From: the human T2T-CHM13v2.0 reference genome, Homo sapiens
Assembly: GCF_009914755.1 (NCBI RefSeq)
Contig: NC_060929.1
Length of the DNA stretch: 64,000 nucleotides
Reading direction: 5' to 3' (one strand)
Part shown: positions 40,624 through 54,900 of the stretch, piece by piece
How the letters are laid out: the number at the start of each line of letters is the position of its first letter
Numbering within the stretch: position 1 is the stretch's first letter
Program-made: the position numbers and the translations under genes
Notes under the pieces: model-generated
What the model was told of the DNA's origin: nothing
The model's input: the letters and a program-made list of their open reading frames with translations, nothing else
Databases searched by the model: none

Positions 40624-43600
40624 AATATAAATATATATTTTATTTATGTGTTTATATTTATACATATAAATATATATTATTTTATATATATATATTTTAG
40701 AAAGAAGAAATGCCTAACAAAACAATTTCAGGATATGCAAATTTGTTTCTCTTTTTTCTTCTTCTTCTGAAAATTATAATCTTAAAATGTTAGGTAAGAA
40801 GGAGTCCTCCACTAGATTAGGCCCTTAAATGACTAGGACTGAATCTCTGCAATCGTATCAGCTAGCAAGGTGCTTCCCTTTGTTCATACTTCCTATATGT
40901 CTGCCGAGCAAGTAAATAAATAGGTTGAGTAATTATTTTTTGATTCTTCACTTTCAAGGCCATTCCGTTAAGTACCCATGGTAAAAGGTGGAAAGAGTTT
41001 GAGTCAGAAGTGTGCAGAAAAGCAGCCAGTGATGGTACCAACCTCGATTTACTGTTTCCAAGAGTTTGGGACCCATGTTCCTACTACCATTAGAGAGGAT
41101 TCTAAGTGCTAGAGAGCCCTGACATTAAATAACTTTGAATTCCATATGAAGAATGTATTTCCTCTCAAAGGTCTTTCAGGCTTTAGAAAATCTCAGGTGG
41201 TGCTTAAATGTCCTCACCAAACTCCTCTCTCCGTCTCTCTCTTTCTCTTTTTACCAAAGAGAAAGGCTAGGGGTCAGAGCATCTGAAAAGCAAAACTGCC
41301 TAGCTAGAATTTACTAAGATTGGTTTATTTTCATTATGTTTATTTTTATAGTTATCTCAGGGCAAGTGCAGTGACCTGTCCCTTTATAATAGTAACACAT
41401 TTTCTTTATTAAAAATATTACGTTTAAGTTATTTTTTGAAAACATGAGCCATTTCAAAAAGGAAAAATATAAGCAAATCATACAGGGATTATACAAATTT
41501 TTAAAATAAAACTGTGAAATTCTAGGACTGAAGTTTGAGAATTATTATCTAGGCTTCTGCAAAAGCACATGAGATCTCTTATTCTCTGGCCTAGAAGATT
41601 AGTGAATGTAGTCTTTCTTGTTTTGTATGGGTACTTAAAATTTTAATACTGTATAACAGTAATAGAAGAAAAGCCTAGTTTTTAAGCATTCACTCATAAA
41701 GTTATATTTTCTCCTCAAATCAGTCCTACAGGGCTTTCAGCTAGAGCTGCCTCTTCATGGGGTATTACTATTAAAAAGAAAAACTACTGATCAATGCTCA
41801 TTAGAAAAAATTCAGAATAGAAATTCAGCTAGCATTCTAGGCTTAATTGAAGGAGAACCTCAGTGATATCTTTTACACATAATATTGTATTTATAATACA
41901 TGCACCTAAATTCATATGCTTTGTTCTTTCTGCACAGTATGTTTAGTTGCACTCGAAGGGTTTATATATGGAGGCCTGGAGAGGCTAATACGAAGTAATC
42001 TTCAAGAGAAAGTTTTGCAAACTGCAAAGCTGATTACAGAAAAATGTGTCAGAGATAGGAGCTTAATTCAAATATATTTTCCAGACCACTAGTGAAATAG
42101 CTATGTGCAAGACTCACATATAAAATAAAAATTTATGTTCTAAACCATGTATACTTTTGTATCACCTTATCTCCTTTTTTTTTTCCTCTGTGGCTTGAAA
42201 TCTATATTAACTACTTATTTGTCATGTGCTTCTATCTGCTCATTTAAATTTGCCAGATGCCTTTAAATAAACCAGAATACATGGAAATAAAGGTTTCACA
42301 TAGCAAATAATTGTACAAGCAGATTCTTAAAAAGTGCAGAATTTCTCTGGACCAATTTTTTATCGATAAATCCTTTAGACAAATCTATGAATGAAGCAGT
42401 TTGGTCCATGTTAACTAACCTCACTCAGAGAGGGCAAGATTGAAGGATAGGCTGATTATTTGGAAAACCAAAGTGTACCATTGAAGTACTTATCTAAGAG
42501 TTGAGACAAAATAAAATAACAGAAAAACTGCTGTTACTTAGAACCAGGTGGAGGTGGTATGGGAATGAGATTCGGGTCCAATTATTGTGATCAATTGTTC
42601 ATATTGATCCACCACTTTTCAGGTACAGATATAATCACAAGCTATCAAAGAAACTGTGAGTAAGAAAGGAGATAGAAATGTACATTGAAACAAGATTGAC
42701 TTGGATAATATTACAAATGGTTTCCACAATTCCCTTTACTATAAATATTGTGAGATTACCATTCTGTGTTAAATGATTCTACTTGATACCCCATAAGGCC
42801 TTTATTTGAAATTACGGAATTGTGCTATGGAGGGAACCTAGAAAGTAGTTCTTTTGTTAAGCTAAATCACATTTATACCAACCTGTAGAGTCAGAATAAG
42901 GACTAAGGACTGCCATGAGCCCATGGATCACCCTTGTGCAAAGTGGAAAAGACACTTCGTCTTTTGGGCTTATGCAGCTCCTGGTTGGCAAGTGAAGTGC
43001 AGGCTGAACTTCAGTTCCCATTTTGTCCTTCCCTTAGCCAGTAACCCGCACTGCTGTACAGAGCAGCTCTGAACAGGATCAAGGATTCCTGAAGCACCAC
43101 CAAGAATATGTCTTTGTATCTTTGTATAGTTTTTCTTAATAACCCATGTTTAACAACCAATAATGTCAGAAAGTCTTTTTAATAGTTAACCAACTACCTT
43201 GAAAAACTAAGTCACTTACCCCTATGTACTAATAACCCTTCTAATACTTTTACAAGTTAACTACTGTTGGTCTCATTTGTGAAGAAGAGATGCCTTGTTA
43301 TAACAATGATCACTAAAATTTTCCTCAAGGAAAGCATTGATTCAGGACTTGCAATGATTTCATCATTGACCCAGTGGCCCTGAGAGCACAAAGTCTCAGA
43401 TAAGAGTAGAGCTTATGTGGCAATTCAATTTCTATTAGGTGGAATTATGCTATAAATCCAAAAGACAATAATGGTTAGATCCGTTGAATTAACATCTGTG
43501 ACAATAAATACAATAAAAATACCTTTTAATGCAATTTGCTCCACCAGCTCAGAATCCAAATGTGATTGATTTCAAACTTGAAATCTGATTTTAAAAATGT

Positions 43601-45489
43601 TTTGGGGATTAAATCCCATAGTTCCTTGAAAACAAAATGGGGAAAGTTACATTTAAAATACTTTAAGCTGGTTTAGATGTCATCAGATATATAATGGGTA
43701 TAATTTTCTTTGCTCCAAGTCATTAGGAGTCTCAAAAACTTTTTTCCTTAAACAAGGGGAAAAAGCCAGAATCAGGAAAGGAGGTGACCTTTAATTTAAG
43801 AAGGCTAGAATTATCATATCATGTGGTATATTAAACTTGCAAAAAATGCAATGTCTTCATCTGGCTTGCTTTGGGGAACCTAGTAATCTATAAATTCGAC
43901 ATTATTTGTATAAAATATATTAAAACAAAAAATGTAAGCTGAATTGTTATTAAATTTGTGCAAATGCAGTCACTAAATTATAACAGTAAAGCATTATTAT
44001 GCAAATTGGAGCTAATTTTACAATATCCCTATCTAATTGTTTACAGTACAGTAGAATTATGGCACTGTTAAGCAGGACAGGATGTTGTGTGAAAGAAAAT
44101 GTTTTTAATTTGAACAGTTTTTACTTCCTGTGATTTTTTTAGTTATAGTAAGCATGGAAAAGGGATTTAGCATCGAGAAAACGAGGGCAGATGTCTCCTG
44201 CATTGTGTACTCAAGGACTCAGCTAATTAATAGCTTCCATGTGCTTCAGACACAGAGATGAAGATGGGCACTCTTTGGAGATACACAAAGCTTCCTCTTT
44301 TCGGTCTTTATGAGATGTCACAAATAGAAAGATGCGCTCTTTCTACAAAGATGCGCTCCAAGGAATATTTTTAAGAGATTTGTTTTGAGATGAAGGGCTG
44401 CTTGAGTGTGAGGCTTCCTAAGCGGTCCTGAGCCTGCAGCTGTGTTCTTTAGCAGAGGGGTTAGGGAAGGCAGCTCACAACAGGACTGTACAGAATTATG
44501 TTTGAAATGGTACTTACAGAAAGGTTTGGGGAAGAAGACAAGACCACTGTCCATCCAGTGGAGAAGTCACATTGAATAAACAGTTTTAGCAAGAGGTCAA
44601 TGAAGGCTGCTTCAAAAGAAAGGCCCTTCATCTTCTTAGATAAGCAAAATCAGTCTCTGGGATTCATTTAAGGAGGGCATTGCACTTCCTGTTCCCCTTA
44701 CAATCCTTATTTGATCCTTCCTATTACTCAGCAATTTCATATAAGCTAAACTGTCAGCATATGAGAAACCTCCCTGCCAGTGAGATGACTTCTTTTTTTC
44801 TAGAAAGCCTTGCCAAGTTTATGAGCCAAGAAATAGCTGAGTTATAATGGCTGAAACCTCAAAGAGAAAGAAGAGTGAAAGGTATTAAAATATTTTTGGA
44901 AAAATCCCTGACTCTTAAAACCAGCAGGGGCTGATCAATGTAAGAATAACATAGTAAAATTTAAGGATGTGACAGGGAGGGGCTGAATATCTGGTGATAA
45001 GAAGGTGCCCCCACGTGGAGCCTTCTTGCCTAGTCATTCTCCATTGCTGGGGGGAAAATATGACTATAAAATTCAAGGAAGACACATGTCAGATGAACAG
45101 GACCTCATTGCTTTCCTCTTGGCTTAGCACAGGTTGCCCCTACCAAGGTGAAACACTTTTTTTTTTTTCCAGTCGCTTTGGAATCTTCTGAAAATCTCAG
45201 TGTAAAGTCTCTTTATCACTCCACCATATATATTAAAATAAGCTGATATTTAATTATCTTTTTAGTTGTTTATGGGATGCGCCCTCCATGCCCGCTCTGA
45301 AACCCTTTCTTCACTCTGAAGTCTTCTACTTTTGCACTTTTTTTTGCAAAACCTGCTCTGCAGAAATGACCTTAAACTCGATATGTTATTTCTCCCAGGG
45401 GATTCTGCACTTCGTCGAAGATCAAAGCTTAAGACCAACAGGACCCATTGCTTTTTAAATATAGACAGCGGTGAGTATTTTACTCCAGG

Positions 45490-46250
<761 letters not shown>

Positions 46251-47650
46251 TTGTGTTTATTTTTCCCTCATAAACTCAACCAAGTGTTGATGACTAGAGG
46301 TTCCTGCTTCACCTCCTAAAATGCAATCTTCCTCACAGTTACCTACTTACGTTGGTTATGTCCAAGCCCTGTCCTCTTTGTTAGCCTATTTTATCACTTT
46401 TTAAGAAGATAAATATATGGTCATTTCAAAGGCCTGAATTGTAAATAATATATGGAAAGAAACACATGGTCCTATAATCAATAATGTCATTCATTCTTTA
46501 TTCTCAGCTATACTGAGAATGACCAATTAATCATGTGTATTATTACTCATTAGTCTTTTGTGATGAGGCAACCCTTAATTTTTCATTGTAATGGGATACT
46601 AGATTATTAGGAATGACAACAAACAGAGGAAGCTGGTGAGATGCTCAAATTAAACACCAATTTTCAGAGTTTTAAAAAATCCCCACTTAAATTGTCAGTT
46701 GAGTTTTTCACATGTGAAAGTAAATGAAGAAAACAAGTACTTTTCCAAACCATCTCAAAGTCTTTGCTTGTAGACAAACTCACACACAGAAGAACATTAT
46801 AGTTCACATAAGTGAAAAACACAGAAGGAATTCTTCTCATTGTTTAAAGGAAGTTGTCAAGAAAAACATTGTAATATTTGAGTGTGTTAGCATGAATTAT
46901 ATAGCATTTGGGGATAAACAATTGAGGTAATATCTTTTTAAGTTTGTTATTTTGCCTTTCCCTGCTTACCCTAATAGAGTGGGTTAATGATGTCAACTCT
47001 GAAGAAAGCCAGAGTTAAGGCTGCCTGAAAGCACATGGCTAATGCAACCTGTAAGAGCGAGGGGGAGGGGATTTTGAGTCCACAAAATGCATCACTAACA
47101 ATCACGAAACTTGCCAATTGGTTACGTAATACTGAAACTTCTTCCTCTTGTTCTGTAACCTTTCCAGAGTTCAGCTCACGACTGTTGCTCAACCCAGTTT
47201 GAGTTACCAGGGCCTTTTGGTAAAGTCTGGATTTGTATCCACACCCAGCTGACTTCAAGTCCTTGCCCTATTGCTTAGGTGGCAGGAGGCTTTAGGCGAA
47301 GGATCCACACTTTCTGCAGCTCAGTTTCTTCACCTTTAAAGTGTTGTTACAAAGACGTGCGACATCTTATATGTTTCACATAAGGAACACACCTACCACA
47401 TCATAGTGGCTCAGAAATTGGTTAAGTGATGGGAGAGAAGGGGAGAACTATATGCCAACTGGAGACTTTGAGACAATGTTCTTGGTCCTTTATGGTTGCC
47501 TGGTGGGATGGGATGGTTCACCAAACATGTGCCATGATAGTAATTTGCTGGACATACTGTGCATGAATCTTCAACATGAATTAGCAATTTTGAAAGAATA
47601 TAATTATAATAAAATATATTCAACACCACAACTATAAAGAACATCATTTT

Positions 47651-47947
47651 GGCCAGGTGTGGTGGCTCACGCCTGTAATCCCAACCCTTTGAAAGGCAGA
47701 AGCGAGCAGATCACTTCAGGTCAGCAGTTTGAGACCAGCCTGGCATATGGAGAAATTGGCTTACTAAAAATACAAAAATTAGCTGGGTGTGGTGGTGAGT
47801 GCCTGTAATCACAGCTACATGGGAGGCTGAGACAGGGGAATTGCTTGAACTTGGGAGGCAGTGGTTGCAGTGACCTGAGATGGCACCACTGTACTTCAGT
47901 CTGGATGACAGAGCAAGACTCCATCTCAAAAAAAAAAAAAAAAAAAA
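47651..47947 (+). mobile_element. AluS element
   Basis: ggccaggtgtggtggctcacgcctgtaatccc ... gagcaagactccatctc followed by an A20 tail. Confidence 0.93.
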
Positions 47948-48389
47948 GGCACTTTTTTTTTCTTTTGTTCGTTCATAAAGTATTTTACTATCTTGTACAA
48001 CCTTGTGGTCAATGTAATTGTAGGAGGTTTTCATTGCACTACCAAAAAATTTAGTTTAACAGAGGGTTCTGTTAATAGGATACCCAGAACAGAAGTTTGC
48101 TGTATTCAACACCGTCTACCTTCACACGCCTTGCAAGTATTGTTAACCAGCTTTATGACCAAGAGGTTTCCATAAGGCCATAATTACTTTGTCACACAAC
48201 ATATAAAATGCACATCTCGAGCTGATGAAAATAAGAAGTTTGATCCACTCCATAGCAAGCATTTCTAATTGCTAAATTTTTCACACATTTTTTATTACTT
48301 GGTGTATTACAGATGTGAGAAATGTCACCATCTCTGGTTCTATTAGGAGTGACATAAAGTGATGAATGCTGACTCTGTGTGTGTACATT

Positions 48390-48815
48390 TTAACCAGACA
48401 CAAAGGGATTTAAACAGTCAAAATAGATGTCCTTCAAAGGAGTAATTTTAGAAACCAGTATCGATTCTAGAAATACTGAATTTATTTCAAATATCACTGG
48501 ACTTCCCCTCTGAAACGTTTAAAACCCATGCAAGGAAATCGTATTGATGTTTTACAAATTACATCTCATTTTTGCATAAAAACAGTGCTACCCAAATAGC
48601 TCACACTTTATACTGATCAGTTTTGCTTTCATGGACTTTTGGCTACTTCTCAAAATTAAATGCACCTTCACAGCACAAAAATTTATCATCATTGGACATT
48701 GAAAAGATTCTGAAAGCAGTTACAAAAGGGGAATGTTTTTAAAAAGTTGTAAACAAAGGTAACAACATTGAGAATATGTGTATGGCCTCCCAGAGGACTG
48801 TTCTAAAGCAGTACT
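48390..48815 (+). mobile_element. Ancient mariner-family relic (MARNA-like)
   Basis: From 48634 translates DFWLLLKIKCTFTAQKF, like the mariner DFxLFPKLKxxLKGxRF that follows YSPDL; later CMASQ resembles the KCIxSxGxYFE terminus. Confidence 0.6.
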
Positions 48816-49139
48816 CTCGTTTGGGGGATACGTCGGATGGATTTCTTTTTATGAAGAGGTCATCTCAAGTATACCATCTGTTGAGCCTTCCTTATTTGTT
48901 AGACAAAAACATTTTCATCATTTCATCATTTCCTCCATTTTAGGAAGTATGACAAGCATTAGAGACTAGGATAGAGTCTTGAGAACTTGAGAAAGCTACA
49001 CATTTGTATCTCAAGTTAAGAAAAAATAAAGATAAGAAACAGAAAACAGGAAAAGACAAGCACCAAAAGCAAAGTAGGCCAAAGGACTTCCTATGTTCAA
49101 ATATTTCCTAGGTATTGTTTCAAATGTTCTTGTTGGTGA

Positions 49140-49360
49140 CAATTATTATTGGGCATTTACCCTGAGCCAATCACTGTGCTTGTTACTTGATATGGTCTAT
49201 CTCATATAATCCTTCTAATGAGAGCATCTAAGGCAAACGTTCTTACCAGTCCTTTATGGATGAAGAGGTGGAGGAATTTTTATGTAAATAGATGGCCTAG
49301 ACAGGATTTAAACTCAATGTTTCTCTGATTCCAAAGCCAGTGCTCTCTCAAACCATACCA
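49140..49360 (-). mobile_element. MIR SINE
   Basis: ttattgggcatttac...cactgtgct...tatctcatataatcct...ggatttaaactca...ctgattccaaagcc. Confidence 0.6.
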
Positions 49361-51826
49361 AGAAGCTAACAGAAACCAGCACTTCATGTAATTTTTAAGA
49401 AGACAGCAAGTTCAGATACAACTCAGACACTTCCACAGGGGATTTGGACAATCTGTTTGTCACTCTGAGCCTGTGTTATATGATTTCTGCTGATTCCATC
49501 AGGTGCCTTTTTTTCTTTTTTTTTCTTTTTTTTTTTTTTTTGGTAAGCCTTGGCCCATCTCTTAAGAGCTCAAAGAATATGCCTGGGAGCAAAGGAACCA
49601 CCAGCTCAGTTAGGTTGAAACCAGTTAGCCATTGTAGTACTACTTAGTGCTGTCTTGGTTAATTGATTAACTTCCCCTTTAAAATGTGTGTGTATTTTCT
49701 ACATAGGTTTTTGGTTCACATTTGTTTTTCCCAGGACCTTAATACTTTCTATGCTATGATGGTCACCATTAGAAAGTAATTGCATGCCTGATGATGGAAA
49801 TAATCAACAAAGATGACCACTGATGTGTCTCTACATGTCATGATTGCCTTAGGGTTTCAATTCCTGTATTTTTTTCCCCTCTCATCCCATGCATCCCTTC
49901 CCATGCTTCCTTTGTGAATTAAGATAAAAGGAACAAGAAACCAGGAAGTCTTCCTTCCACCTGACTTCTGACTACACATAACCACACAAACAGCCTATTT
50001 TGATCAGTTTCCTCCAGTCTCCATCATAGGTGTTTGATCTATAGTTTAGATACCAAGTCCTCGATAGTAGAACTCATGTATAGCTAAGCGCTACACATAG
50101 CTCTTGATGCAATGCAAGGACTTCCAACTGACCAAGTGTAACCATGACACACTGGTCAGAAGCAAGTCAGACTCAGGTTCCAGCTCCTAGTCCTAACATT
50201 GTGATGATGTGGCTATTACTGGACATGTGCATAAACATATTGTTGGAGGTGCTGGGAATATTGGAATTAGAATGTACCTACATGACCTCAGCTTTGGGTG
50301 GTATTAAAGCTTTTTGCTTTTTGTGATAAACAATAGGAGGCTGCTTATTTCCTCTAAGAGACTTTTTTGAGGTTTTTCTGACAGTAAGGTGGCACGGGCA
50401 GGGAACTTCCTTCCAAAGCCACTTCTCAGCCTCTGTTCTATGAGTTTTCTTCCTCTTCATTCCTGTCTTCTGCCTCCGTTCCTTCTGGCTGTCCCTCCTC
50501 TAGCTCTGCTTCTAATTGCCTGAGGAGGCACTGCAGGGTCTATCCTGTGGGAATCCAATTTGCAATGACTCTTTTGGTCTATGAAACACCTATTATCGGT
50601 TCCTCAGATTTGAATACCTAGACAGATGTATGTGCTCCCTTAAGGGACAAGTACTGTGGCATGCGGAGTGTGGTACACCAAGCCTAATCTTCTGTTCTGT
50701 GGATGTTGGTGCTCAGTTGCTAGTCTTGGTTGACTGGACAATTCCCACGTAGCTTTTGCTTAATGTCTGAATCATTGGAAGGAGAAGGACTTTGGTCTGT
50801 CTTTCTCCTTTTGTAACTTCCTCTTTTTGCACTTTATGTGAGATTACGAGTGAGTGTGATTTCAGATGAGAAACACTTAACAGTGAGTCAGGGAGATGAA
50901 ATTTCACTGAGATGCGGAACACAGGAAGAGAAAATGTGTGAAAAATCACGTTGACGGGGTTGTCTTGGTAGCTAGTAAAGCAGAGAAAGGAAATTCCCGC
51001 ACAGCAGGCTTTAATAAAATTGGCAGGCAGGAATGTCACACTGTGTGAGAATATTGGTGAGGAATCTAGGGATGGAGAGCAAGTAAAGGAATCATAAGGG
51101 CCTTCTTATATTGGACATTCTTTCTCTGCACCTAATTTACTCTAAACGAGTTTGCAGATGAGAATTGTTTTCCCATGAATTTGCATCAGTAGATTTAAGA
51201 GCATGGATGCGCACACCCCAACACAAGGTGTCAACCAAATATTAGGCAATGTTATGGCTTATTAACGATTTTCAATCCAAGGATAGTTAATGAAGAGTGG
51301 ACATTTATGTCTGTGTATAAAAAGCAGTATATGGAAACTCAAATTCCCAGTGGAAATAAAACAAGACATCGTCATTATTTAACAAAAGAATTCACCGTGT
51401 AATTCTATATAAGACAAACGCACTCACACATTCTTTAAGGACTTTAAAAATATCCTTTGATTTCCATGCAACTTTTCTGGACTTTTTATATCTACCACAT
51501 AAAGCAAGCCTGTTACCGAGATAAATGTGGAAGTTCTATGTCCTTATTGCCTGGGTCACTTTACCAATGATCCACCACTTACTTATTCGTTTTATTAAAT
51601 ATATTCTGTCTTAAATCTATTGATGCAAATTCATGGGAAAACACTTCTTATCTGGAAACTCATTTAGAGTAAATTCGGTGCAGAGAAAGCATGCCCAGCA
51701 TCAGAAGGCCCTTATGATCCCTTTACTTACTCTCCTTCGCTAGATTCCTCACCAATATTCTCACACAGTCTGATATCCCTGCCTGCCAATTTCATTAAAA
51801 CTTGCTGTGCAGGAAACCTACCAGTG

Positions 51827-51947
51827 TGTAAGATTCTTGAGAATAGACCATTGTCTGTTTTGTTCATGTACGTATCACAAATGTTTAGAACACTTGTGGC
51901 ACATAGTAGGTGCTTCATAAGTATTTACTGAATAAATGAATGAATGA
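51827..51947 (+). mobile_element. L2a 3' end
   Basis: tgtaagattcttgagaatagacc...tggcacatagtaggtgcttcataagtatttactgaataaatgaatgaatga. Confidence 0.85.
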
Positions 51948-54329
51948 TCTTGGGAGGTCAGGGAATGTTCGCCTCACTTGATGAGTAAACCACCCAAGCC
52001 AAAGGCGGCAGCTAACCCAGAACTCCTCCACTTAACCCCCTTTATGTCAATGGCTCTCTTTGGAGTCACTGCCAGGTTTTGTGTGTAAGGAGGCATAATG
52101 CTCCCAGGGCAGGCTGCTGGGGACCAAGCCCTGGGACACACAGAGCATCCTGAAATGCCAGAGACCGGCAGAGTCACACTGGGAATTACTTGTCTTCAAT
52201 ACATAAAATATTGGTGGGGATGGCAACTTTAACATTTGCCTTTTAGAAAATTCTGTTGAAGGCCCTCCCCAAGTTGAAGTTGGTGGCCTGGGAGATAGTC
52301 ATCAGCTTCCAGAGAGAGGACCCAGCAACTTTTTCCTCCACCAAGTGTTTTTTAATTAGTAGTTGGCTCAGAAAAGGCAAAGCAGCTACTTCTGCTGGAG
52401 ATCCAAGGCTGAAATAAATACTGCTGTTAGAAGTGGAAGGTCACTTTACAATGGTGTTGTCTATCACTCTGAGCTTCCTGCACCTCCAGGGGAGGCCATG
52501 AGCTTAGGCACAAAGTGTGGATAAACGCCTATTTTAGCTGATGATATAGATTAAGAGAGTGGAAGAAAAGAGCCTACACCCTGTGCCCCCTTTTGCACTT
52601 AGTTGTGGTGGAGAGGACGGGGAGGTGGTCAGCTCCTGCTGTTCTCAGTGGGCGCCCTCCGAGAGCAGTCCTTGTATTACCCACTTCACTGTTTTGTCCC
52701 CATCTCATTATCTGTTCTTGTTAAAATCTTTATTATTCATGGATGCAAAAAATCCCATCATTAAACCATCATAAATATTCATAACACTTTGCAATTGTGT
52801 GCATTTCATTTAGCCACTTGGCAAAACTTCTCTGAAGTACCAGAGTTTTAAGGAAATCTGGCTAATGAGACCAGAGCCCAGGAAATGCAGGATAGCCTTT
52901 CCACTTTATTTTACTTTAACCTGAAAACAAATGCAAAATATAAATAATAATTAAAAGAGAAAAACAGGGAAGGCATTTAGTGGCAAAGAAGAGCCACACA
53001 TTCCTTGGCTTTGTCTTGATTGTGCTTTTGTGTCAAGCAGAAGATAAGGGTAAACACTGTGCTACAAGAGGGGGAGTCCTGAGGCTGCAATGCTAATGGA
53101 TTTATCCAGGAGCCTACAAAGGCCAGATAAACCCCCTGCTTTGGTTAACAGGGTCCTCACTTCTTATGTTCTGTATAATTACTGGCATCAGGTTGGAGTT
53201 GAGATAAGCATGGCCCTTTTCTTGGACTTATTATAGCAGGCAGCCATGCCGTTTTTCGTGTCTAAGAAAGAATTATATCCATCTCTTTCTCTTCTTCTAA
53301 TCCAGTTTATCTAAACTGTGCACTCTCCCATCAGTGCTGAGAGCTTTTTCTCGGAGTGAAAGAGAACCCAGCAAACTTCTGCGGCAACCAAGTGGAATTG
53401 GAATAATGTGCCTTCCCACTGCCACCCCCTCCCATCCAGGGTGCACAGATTTAAACCACCGAGACATCTTTTGTTTTGCACCACAAATTATTGCATTGAA
53501 ACATTTTTTTCCTGCCTTAAAGATTATCCATATTGAAAAGGAATTTTTAAACGATATGAACTTGTGGAAGAAAATATTTATACCAATAGGAGTTGTTGCC
53601 CCTGGCCTGCACTCGTTTAGGACTCCTCCCCGCCATTACTGACAGCATTTATGCTTGATAATGAGTTGCCTTCCCTGCGTAACGGCTAACAGGTGCTGGA
53701 AAATACTGGTAACATTCAAGACTACTCAGCAAGTTCTGATTTCCCTGAGGGTTTATGCCAAGTAGAAACAAGTTACCACCAATCCAAGCATTAGACTGGC
53801 TGATGTGTACATCACTTCGTTAGGAAATGTCACATGTTAATGGGGAAGCGCGCTAGGTTCCCAAGCAGAGGACTAATTAAGGAAAGTTTTCCTTGGTCTG
53901 CTCCTGTGGACTTAGGACTTAGAAAGGTCCTTTTTTTTATTTTTCCACTATTGATCCTTGAGCTCATTTGTGGCAGTGTTTGGCATTCATCTTACCATTT
54001 GTTAGCCCTTCTCATTGATTCTCTAATCGGAATCTTACTTTTTTGTAACTCCTCCCTGTGCCAACTGAAATGAGGTATCAGTGGGGACATTTATTTTATT
54101 TTGTACCCGATCTCATCAAATTAAAAAAAGTCTGAATCTTCAAGAAAATCAAGGGAACCATTTTATATAATTATTTTGTCAATTTAGATGTGACCTTTGA
54201 AATATGGCAAAAGTCTTCAGTACGGTAATACATTGAAATTCAAAATCAGATTCTGAAATTCTAGTAGCATTAATTACTCCCTCTGTGCTTTCATCACACT
54301 TTCTTCCCAGCCCTCTTATCCTATATTTG

Positions 54330-54900
54330 TTTAATAGACTATTTTGCTTGCAAAGAACTGTGATTCACACAGGATGCCTCAAATAATGAGGGCTTATTTT
54401 AAGGACGCCTATGCTAATAATGGAGTCAGAATATTATGAAACTCTCAAAATAGAAGTCAAATAATGACCAGGCATTACAGTGACCAGAACTAGGAGGTTG
54501 TTCTGGGCTTAAGGAAGCAGCTCTATGGAACTGCACAATCAAAGTTAGGGCTTTGCTAGAAGAAATGACACTAGGTACATTCTGCATATCTGCTCTCTTT
54601 TGTTTATCTCCCTTTCTTCTGATTTATTCTATTTCTATTACCTTTCAAGCAGGATATACTAATTGTTCTGGGTAATTATTATATAACAAGTAATGGCAGA
54701 AATATTTCTTTCCTTGCCAGAATATATATAGGACATTGACTAGCCTGAGGATTGGCTGCTTCTGGGTCAGGTGCCCACTCCCTGTCCAATCAGTTATCAG
54801 TGTGATGACTTGGCATATTACATGGCAGCCCAGTAAATAAATGCCTTCTTTCTTTCCTCAGAAGGGACTATGGCCTCACAAGCTTCCTCACTGATGTGTG
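54330..54900 (-). mobile_element. Very old MLT1-like LTR
   Basis: ttgcttgcaaagaac...gattggctgcttctgggtcaggtgcccactccctgtccaatcag. Confidence 0.45.
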
